Assembly (NCBI GenBank): GCA_021823685.1
Contig: JAKANL010000003.1
Coordinates: 18,189-82,188, forward strand
Source of the DNA: a bacterium
GTDB taxonomy: Bacteria; Babelota; Babeliae; Babelales; UBA12409
Direction: 5' to 3'
Length of the DNA stretch: 64,000 nt
The position numbers were made by a program, and so were the translations under genes. This document shows, in pieces, positions 17,608-24,056 of the stretch (positions are counted from its first letter, which is position 1; each line of letters opens with the position of its first letter). The notes under the pieces were generated by a model. It was not told where the DNA came from and ran no database searches. It was given only the letters and a program-made list of their open reading frames with translations.

Positions 17608-18978
17608 ATGCTACAAAAAGCCAAACAATGTTTTTCATGCACCAACTGCCAACACACCTCGGGAAAGTGGCAAGGCAACTGTCCAGAATGCGGTCAGTGG
17701 AATACGTTCGTTGAAGAATGTGTCACAGCAGCACACACAACGGGCAAAGCAGCGCGAGGTCCGATACTCGAACTCAGGCCGTTAAATCAAATTGCGCAAC
17801 ATGAGCTCAAGCGGATCACGACGCACTGCGGCGAATGGGATCGCGTTTTAGGCGGCGGTCTTATGCCCGGCTCTTTTATCATGCTCACGGGCGACCCCGG
17901 CATTGGCAAATCAACCCTTCTTTTACAAATTGCGCATCAGCTCGCGCACAAGCAAAGCGTTTTTTATTTTTCATCGGAAGAATCACTTGCGCAAGTAAGA
18001 GCGCGAGCACAGCGCATCGGCGCCATGCATGAGCAGCTCCTCTTTTCAGACAGTTCTGATTTAGATGCCATTATCGCCACAGCACTGGCTCAAAAGCCGG
18101 CCATTATTATTGTCGATTCTATTCAAAATTGTTATTTAACGGCGGCGGCTAACACGCTGAGCACCCCGGCACCGGGCAGTATTGGTCAATTACGTGAAGC
18201 CGGCTTTCGGCTCATGCGGCTAGCAAAAGAAGAAAATATTACCATTATTGCCACGGGCCATATTACCAAAGAAGGAGTCATTGCTGGACCAAAAACACTT
18301 GAACATATGGTCGACGCCGTATTTTACCTGCAAGGCGAAGATAAGTGGGATACGCGCATGTTGCGCGCCGTTAAAAACCGATTCGGCTCCATCAATGAGC
18401 TCGGTTTTTTTCATATGGACGAAAATGGCCTGAAAGAAATTCCTGATATCAATGAACATGTATTGCAGGAAGCAAGTTGTTCCCCCGGCGCCGCGCTGAT
18501 CAGCTATACCGAGGGTTCACGCCCCCTTCTTTTGGAGGTACAGGCGCTTACCATTCCGTCAAAATTAGGCATTCCCCAACGGGTTATCACCGGCGCAGAC
18601 CATAAACACGTGGTACTCATTGCCGCCATTTTGGAAAAATATGTACAGGTTAAATTGAGCATGCATGATATTTTTTTCAAAGTGAGCGGCGGCTTCAAAA
18701 TTAAAGAAAGTTCGGCCGATTTGGGTATCGCGCTCGCGTTACTTTCAAGCTACTTTCAACAAGCATTGCCCGCGCGCTGCCTAGCCCTGGGCGAAATCAG
18801 CTTGACGGGCACGATTAAACCGGTTAATCACTTCACGGTCCACATGCACGAAGCACAAAAATTTGGCTTTAAACAGCTCTTTGTGGCAAAAAATCAATCG
18901 CCAACAACGGCGAGCGGTATTGCGCGCGTCTCATTGGGGCATGTGTACGAACTCCTTTCGCTGTTCCAACCTTCGTAA
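17608..18978 (+). CDS. radA: DNA repair protein RadA/Sms
   Basis: 456 aa. N-terminal zinc finger CTNCQHTSGKWQGNCPECGQWNTF, Walker A GDPGIGKSTLLLQ, KNRFG motif, and a Lon-like C-terminal domain. Confidence 0.93.
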   Translation: MLQKAKQCFSCTNCQHTSGKWQGNCPECGQWNTFVEECVTAAHTTGKAARGPILELRPLNQIAQHELKRITTHCGEWDRVLGGGLMPGSFIMLTGDPGIGKSTLLLQIAHQLAHKQSVFYFSSEESLAQVRARAQRIGAMHEQLLFSDSSDLDAIIATALAQKPAIIIVDSIQNCYLTAAANTLSTPAPGSIGQLREAGFRLMRLAKEENITIIATGHITKEGVIAGPKTLEHMVDAVFYLQGEDKWDTRMLRAVKNRFGSINELGFFHMDENGLKEIPDINEHVLQEASCSPGAALISYTEGSRPLLLEVQALTIPSKLGIPQRVITGADHKHVVLIAAILEKYVQVKLSMHDIFFKVSGGFKIKESSADLGIALALLSSYFQQALPARCLALGEISLTGTIKPVNHFTVHMHEAQKFGFKQLFVAKNQSPTTASGIARVSLGHVYELLSLFQPS

Positions 18979-19019
18979 AATACCGCTATGCTAGCCAAAA
19001 TAGATTGAGGCATAAATCA

Positions 19020-19862
19020 ATGAAATTAGTTCTTTTATCACTCCTAATCAGCACATCTCTTGTGGCTATGGATCTTGAAGAATCATACGTCAGTGCACTT
19101 GGTAGCACCTACAAAAAAAGTACGAGCCCTGTATCAGCATCCTCGCTATCACCCTGGCCCGAATCGTTTGGCGAACAATCCTACGCCGAATCACTCTCTA
19201 GCAGCCCCTCAAATTTCGTTTTTGAGGCAGACCGAGAGATCGCAGTATCCTCCCCCGGCCAATCTGCCAACATAGGCCTACCCGTCGGCCTCGAATGGTG
19301 GCCACCGCTCCCCTGCCCAGCATCTCCGCCACCGACCTCCCAGCCAACAGCTAAAGAAGAACTGCTGTACGCTGCGCCCGAAGATTTGAGCAACGTGCAA
19401 GCTGATAAGCAGCCGATCAGGGATACGCGACGCTGGCATTCTTACCGGCTCGGGTATTTTAATCCTTCCCTTGAGACATGGTTCGAGAGCATTATGGGCA
19501 GCGCAAAACGAGCGCATAAACCGATCGAAATACCGCACGCCCCCGGACCAGTACGCAAGCAAACGCCCCCATCGGCTGACGATCTTGCCCGGCGACTTGC
19601 GTTACTTGACGCGCTCAGTTGCATACGAAGAAGCAGTCACGGTATATTAGTAACTTCAACCAAAGACGAAAGAGAAACCCATGACAAAATTTTTTCTCAC
19701 GACGGTACTGCTGATATTAGCCAACACAACAGAAGCAACGCACAAAATCCCGCTCGAGATCCTCTTCGGCAACCCCAAACAGAGGAACCTCAAAATATCT
19801 CCCGGTGGGCATTATATTTCGTATCTTGCCCCATTCAAGGGCGTCCTCAACCTGTGGGTTAA
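19020..19862 (+). CDS. hypothetical secreted Pro/Ser-rich protein
   Basis: ORF track gives 19005-19862. The ATG at 19020 gives signal-like MKLVLLSLLISTSLVA. The last ~180 nt overlap the next gene, so the 3' end is uncertain. Confidence 0.4.
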   Translation: MKLVLLSLLISTSLVAMDLEESYVSALGSTYKKSTSPVSASSLSPWPESFGEQSYAESLSSSPSNFVFEADREIAVSSPGQSANIGLPVGLEWWPPLPCPASPPPTSQPTAKEELLYAAPEDLSNVQADKQPIRDTRRWHSYRLGYFNPSLETWFESIMGSAKRAHKPIEIPHAPGPVRKQTPPSADDLARRLALLDALSCIRRSSHGILVTSTKDERETHDKIFSHDGTADISQHNRSNAQNPARDPLRQPQTEEPQNISRWALYFVSCPIQGRPQPVG

Positions 19863-21558
19863 ATCGGTTCATGACGATGATGCACGCGTGATAACCAACG
19901 ATACCGGCCGCGGCATTCATCAATACGTCTGGACGTTTGACGAAGAAGCGCTGCTCTATCTTTACGATGCAAACGGCCGCGAAAACCATCACCTGCACAA
20001 AGTAAGCTTGAAAACGGGTGCTGATACTGATCTGACCCCATTTGATAATACTGCTGTTCATATCGTTCAATATAGCCGCCGCGTACCCGATCGCATGCTC
20101 ATCGCCATGAATAAAGAACGCAAACATTTATTTGACGTGTACGAGCTTAATCTGAATACGGGCAGTATTATCCCCATCGAACAAAATCCGGGCGATATCA
20201 TGTACTTTATCGCCGACGATCAGCTTGCAATCTGCGGCGCCATGAGGGCGCTCCCCGATGGCGGCCAAACATTACTGATGCGCGATAATAATCAAAGCGC
20301 CTGGCACCCGTATATCACCTGGACGCTTGATGACGAGCATTCCGGCCCGCTCTGTCTACATAACGAGTTTCTCTACATGCTCGATTCATCGCAGGCCAAC
20401 ACCACCCAATTCGTTAAAATTAATATGAAAACCAACGAACGCACCATCCTGGCAAGCGACCCGGAATACGACATTGCCGACGTTGTTTTTCACCCTGAAA
20501 CGCACGAACCCGTTGCCATCGTCACCGTCAAAGAAAAAGAAGAGATACGTTTTGTTGATGCCAGTTTTGCGCAAGACGCACAAATCATCGATGCGGCACT
20601 TAAAGGCCCCTGGATTATTAACAGCGCAACGCTGAAACTGGATATCTGGCTTATTGCGGCGTATAGCGACGTATCAACAGCCAGCTATTATCTTTATGAT
20701 CGCGCAAGCAAAAAGCTCACATTTTTGTGCGCCTCGCGCCCAGAATTGGCGCAATATCAATTGCAACCGATGAAGCCCATAACATTCACCGCACGCGACG
20801 GCCTTACCATTCACGGTTATCTTACGCTACCCAGAAGCGAGCACAATAAACCAGTTCCGCTCATCTTGCTCGTGCATGGCGGCCCATGGTTACGTGACGG
20901 CTGGGATTTCGATCCTGAAGTACAGTTTTTGGCTAATCGCGGCTATGCCGTTTTGCAAGTTAATTTCCGCGGCTCAGATGGCTATGGCAAAGCGTTTCTC
21001 AACGCCGGCAATCACGAGTGGGGACGTAATATGCATAACGATCTTATCGATGCGGTAGCCTGGTCCATAAAAACCGGTGTCGCCGATCCAAAACACATCG
21101 CAATTATGGGCGGCTCGTATGGCGGCTATAGTGCATTGGCCGGTGTTACCTTTACCCCAGATACCTTTTGCTGCGCCGTCGATCTTTTTGGCATATGCAA
21201 TCTGATCACGCTCATCAAAAATTCTCCACCATATTGGCACCTTGCGTTGATCAAATTTGCCAAGCGTGTCGGAGATATTCATACACAAGAAGCACTGCTC
21301 AAAGAACGTTCGCCACTCTTTTACGCGACCAATATTAAAGTACCGGTACTCTACGCACAAGGGCTTAATGATATCCGCTGCACGCCGCTGGAAACTAAAC
21401 AAATGATTGCCGAGCATCAAAAACACCAGATTCCCTACGAATATTACGAATTTGAAAACGAGGGACATGGCTTGGCCAAACCAGAAAATAAGTTCAGGTT
21501 ATACGCAGCCATCGAAACGTTTTTGGCTAAGTATTTAGCCCCACAACCAGCCGCTTAA
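19681..21558 (+). CDS. S9-family serine peptidase (prolyl oligopeptidase / dipeptidyl aminopeptidase-like)
   Basis: 625 aa. Signal-like N-terminus, a beta-propeller-length N-half, and a C-terminal hydrolase with GGSYGGY (GxSxGG nucleophile elbow) and later D/H-containing blocks. Confidence 0.88.
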   Translation: MTKFFLTTVLLILANTTEATHKIPLEILFGNPKQRNLKISPGGHYISYLAPFKGVLNLWVKSVHDDDARVITNDTGRGIHQYVWTFDEEALLYLYDANGRENHHLHKVSLKTGADTDLTPFDNTAVHIVQYSRRVPDRMLIAMNKERKHLFDVYELNLNTGSIIPIEQNPGDIMYFIADDQLAICGAMRALPDGGQTLLMRDNNQSAWHPYITWTLDDEHSGPLCLHNEFLYMLDSSQANTTQFVKINMKTNERTILASDPEYDIADVVFHPETHEPVAIVTVKEKEEIRFVDASFAQDAQIIDAALKGPWIINSATLKLDIWLIAAYSDVSTASYYLYDRASKKLTFLCASRPELAQYQLQPMKPITFTARDGLTIHGYLTLPRSEHNKPVPLILLVHGGPWLRDGWDFDPEVQFLANRGYAVLQVNFRGSDGYGKAFLNAGNHEWGRNMHNDLIDAVAWSIKTGVADPKHIAIMGGSYGGYSALAGVTFTPDTFCCAVDLFGICNLITLIKNSPPYWHLALIKFAKRVGDIHTQEALLKERSPLFYATNIKVPVLYAQGLNDIRCTPLETKQMIAEHQKHQIPYEYYEFENEGHGLAKPENKFRLYAAIETFLAKYLAPQPAA

Positions 21559-21810
21559 AAAATAATTTCCGTTATTTTCCCATGCTAGAAAAATAATCGC
21601 CTTTTCCCACAAATAAGAAAATGCCGGGCCCACCCGACAAAGAAAATAATTTTGCGCAATTTTATCAAAAGTATTGCTTTCTGCAATTTTATTTTGGTAC
21701 CCTGAAGGTAGAAATGAGAGCAGTAGGTGCCTCCAAAAGTTGCGTGCTAAGCCCGGCTTAGTCTTATAAAAATCCCCCTAGGGCGGGTTTAGTACGCGCT
21801 GAATAACGTA

Positions 21811-21846
21811 GGGCCGCGGTTTAACGGCTGCGGCCCTGCCTTTTTC
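21811..21846 (+). terminator. candidate intrinsic terminator
   Basis: GGGCCGCGG-tttaacgg-CTGCGGCCC hairpin (one mismatch) followed by TGCCTTTTTC. Confidence 0.45.
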
Positions 21847-21921
21847 AAAATTCTTGCACATTGGTCTTTCGGCTTGATAGCCTGAAAGGCAAGTTTAAAC
21901 AGGCTTAAAAAGGAGCTTTTT

Positions 21922-22089
21922 ATGAAGAAATATGTGCCATGGATTGTTGTTGTCGGCCTTTTGATTGCCGGCCTTACGGCTTGGTACGTCTACAGTGCGG
22001 GTCATCCAACAATACAAACACCTACGTGCCCTACAGGGTCATCATGTCCTGAGGTTATAAAAGAGGCTAGGGATATGTCCGGAGTATAG
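21922..22089 (+). CDS. mini membrane protein, tandem paralog 1 (55 aa)
   Basis: ATG after AAAGGAG gives MKKYVPWIVVVGLLIAGLTAWYVYSAGHPTIQTPTCPTGSSCPEVIKEARDMSGV. Below the ORF-track size cut-off; translated manually. Confidence 0.5.
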   Translation: MKKYVPWIVVVGLLIAGLTAWYVYSAGHPTIQTPTCPTGSSCPEVIKEARDMSGV

Positions 22090-22131
22090 CCATCTGAAGA
22101 GTCATAGAAAAAATGTTATTAGGAAAATCGT

Positions 22132-22320
22132 ATGAAGAGATATTTACCATGGCTTGTCGCCATCGGCCTCATAATCGCCGGCGCTACGGTTTGGTACGTG
22201 TACAGCGATGCCACGAGCAGTGAAAGCACGCCAACAAAAACAAAACAATGCTCGGGATGCCCCAAAACTGAAACCGAAGATGAAGTTATAAAAGTGACTG
22301 AGGCTATATCCCCAATGTAG
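22132..22320 (+). CDS. mini membrane protein, tandem paralog 2 (62 aa)
   Basis: MKRYLPWLVAIGLIIAGATVWYVYSD...CSGCP...EVIKVTEA. The same leader AGAAAAAATGTTATTAGGAA.ATCGT precedes paralogs 2 and 3. Confidence 0.55.
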   Translation: MKRYLPWLVAIGLIIAGATVWYVYSDATSSESTPTKTKQCSGCPKTETEDEVIKVTEAISPM

Positions 22321-22357
22321 CCGAAGGGTCACAGAAAAAATGTTATTAGGAAGATCG

Positions 22358-22474
22358 TTGAAGAGATATTTACCATGGTTCATCGCGATTGGGCTTATCA
22401 TCGCCGGCGCCACGGTTTGGTTTACGGTCAACAACATAAAAAAATCCGATCATCCAACCGTGCAGACCGGATAA
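22358..22474 (+). CDS. mini membrane protein, tandem paralog 3 (38 aa, TTG start; possibly decaying)
   Basis: LKRYLPWFIAIGLIIAGATVWFTVNNIKKSDHPTVQTG. The start context CGTTGAAG versus CGTATGAAG in paralog 2 suggests a 1-nt loss that destroyed the ATG. Confidence 0.35.
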   Translation: MKRYLPWFIAIGLIIAGATVWFTVNNIKKSDHPTVQTG

Positions 22475-22511
22475 AAAGGTAGCATAAGCTAAAATGTAAA
22501 AACCCCTTTTC

Positions 22512-22598
22512 GGCTGGCTCAAGTTGGTCGAATCTGGCGCGCAAGAAATCACGATCGAAAGCCAGGATGACGAGCACTACACGATAACGGGAAAATGA
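22512..22598 (+). pseudogene. 3' remnant of an EndoU-immunity-family gene
   Basis: GGCTGGCTCAAGTTGGTCGAATCTGGCGCGCAAGAAATCACGATCGAAAGCCAGGATGACGAGCACTACACGATAACGGGAAAATGA is near-identical to the last ~85 nt of 26420-26785 (…WLKLVESGAQEITIESQDDEHYTITGK*). There is no upstream ORF. Confidence 0.75.
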
Positions 22599-22615
22599 AG
22601 CATGGTGCTTGGCTT

Positions 22616-23761
22616 TTAATTCGGCCTGGTCCCCTCGCCCAGGATAGTAAGATATCGCGCATACACAAATCGCCGCCCACGTTTTTTACCGGTAATTTCT
22701 TTCAAGATCCCGATTTTTTCAAATTGATTGATCAGATTTGAAGCCGCTTGATGAGAAAGCTTAAATTCACGCTGTACATCGCTAACACGTATTAACGGCG
22801 TATAAAAAAGCTTATCTAATAACATGATTGCAAGCGGTGATGATATCCTTCTTTTTCCAAGCAGCGCCTGATGTGTTTCGCGTAACTGTAGTATGCGTTT
22901 AATGTTTTCAGTAGCATCTTGGCATGTTTGGATAACGCCAACCAAAAAAAACTCTACCCACTGCTCATAATCGCCTTTTTCGCGTACAAGCGTAAGCCGA
23001 TCATAGTATTCTTGACGATTTTTTTTCAAATAATAACTCAAATACAAAAGAGGCTTTTTAAGAATGCCACGCCAATAAAGATAAAACGTGATAAGTAAGC
23101 GTCCCAACCGTCCGTTGCCGTCCAAAAAGGGGTGGATGGTTTCAAACTGATAGTGAATCAACGCGCAGTTGATCAGTTCCGGCATCACCGATTTTTTATG
23201 CATGTATACTTCAAGATCGCCCATGGCTTTTAACGCCTCAGCTGGCGTTGGCGGAACGTAACGAGCCGTTTTCATGGTACAGCCAGGAGCTCCGATCCAA
23301 TTTTGTATTTTTTTAAATTCGCCGGGTGTCTTTTCTGCGCCGCGTACACCCTTAAGCAAAATCGCATGCAACTCTTTGATAAGCTTCAGGCTCATAGGTA
23401 ATGAATCGAGTCGATCGATACCATAGTGAAGCGCTTTAATATAATTTACAACTTCGACAACATCATTGACGTTTTCAAGCTTGGCACCACTTTCGAATTC
23501 AAAGACGTCTTCAAGCGAGGCTTGCGTACCTTCGATCTGGGCGCTCAATAATGCTTCTTTTTTTACGTACATGGTAATAAAAAGATCGGTGTTGGGCAGG
23601 GCATAAGCCATACCGTCCAAACGTGCAAGATGGAGAGTCGCATCCCACAGAAGTTTTTGCATGTTCTCGTTAATATTAATCGCTGGATGCGGCGGCAAGG
23701 ATGTTGGTACAAAAGCCTTGAACCCAGCCGGTTGATTTACATAAATACCACTTCGATTCAT
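22616..23761 (-). CDS. Fic-family protein (AMPylase-type) with N-terminal inhibitory-helix motif and C-terminal wHTH
   Basis: 381 aa. Fic motif HPFLDGNGRLGRLL (HxFx[D/E]GNGRxxR). N-terminal SAQIEG fits (S/T)xxxE(G/N). The C-terminus looks like a winged helix. Confidence 0.9.
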   Translation of the reverse strand: MNRSGIYVNQPAGFKAFVPTSLPPHPAININENMQKLLWDATLHLARLDGMAYALPNTDLFITMYVKKEALLSAQIEGTQASLEDVFEFESGAKLENVNDVVEVVNYIKALHYGIDRLDSLPMSLKLIKELHAILLKGVRGAEKTPGEFKKIQNWIGAPGCTMKTARYVPPTPAEALKAMGDLEVYMHKKSVMPELINCALIHYQFETIHPFLDGNGRLGRLLITFYLYWRGILKKPLLYLSYYLKKNRQEYYDRLTLVREKGDYEQWVEFFLVGVIQTCQDATENIKRILQLRETHQALLGKRRISSPLAIMLLDKLFYTPLIRVSDVQREFKLSHQAASNLINQFEKIGILKEITGKKRGRRFVYARYLTILGEGTRPN

Positions 23762-23788
23762 CTAACCCTCGTTTTTTACGTATGTTAC

Positions 23789-23893
23789 TTATTCAGAATT
23801 CCCTGAATAATAAGCCCCCCAATATTCTCGTTATTCAAAAATACTTACATAACGCCCCTTATTTTGCAACGTTATTCAAAAATACTTACATAA
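23789..23893. promoter_or_regulatory. inverted and direct repeat array (TGAATAA/TTATTCA half-sites) between Fic and toxin 1
   Basis: TTATTCAG-aattcc-CTGAATAA (23789-23810). A 24-bp direct repeat CGTTATTCAAAAATACTTACATAA occurs at 23829-23852 and 23870-23893. The CCCTGAATAA...CGTTATTCAA arrangement recurs at 57083-57120 upstream of toxin copy 3. Confidence 0.4.
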
Positions 23894-23990
23894 GAACACA
23901 AAGCTACTGCCCGCTCATCGAGTCTGTCGCACTGAGCAACGACACCTCAAAAAAGCAAAGAATATCTTTAGACAATGAGAGGTACGTTCC

Positions 23991-24020
23991 TTGAATAACT
24001 TTGAGACAATGCGCTAAGCT
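23991..24020 (+). promoter_or_regulatory. candidate sigma70-like promoter TTGAAT-18-TAAGCT of toxin 1
   Basis: TTGAAT (23991-23996), 18-nt spacer, TAAGCT (24015-24020), ~36 nt before the GTG start. The same hexamers and spacing occur at 33209-33238. Confidence 0.4.
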
Positions 24021-24056
24021 GCCGAAAATGTTTGGGAGGTCTTTAGGGGAGTTGTA

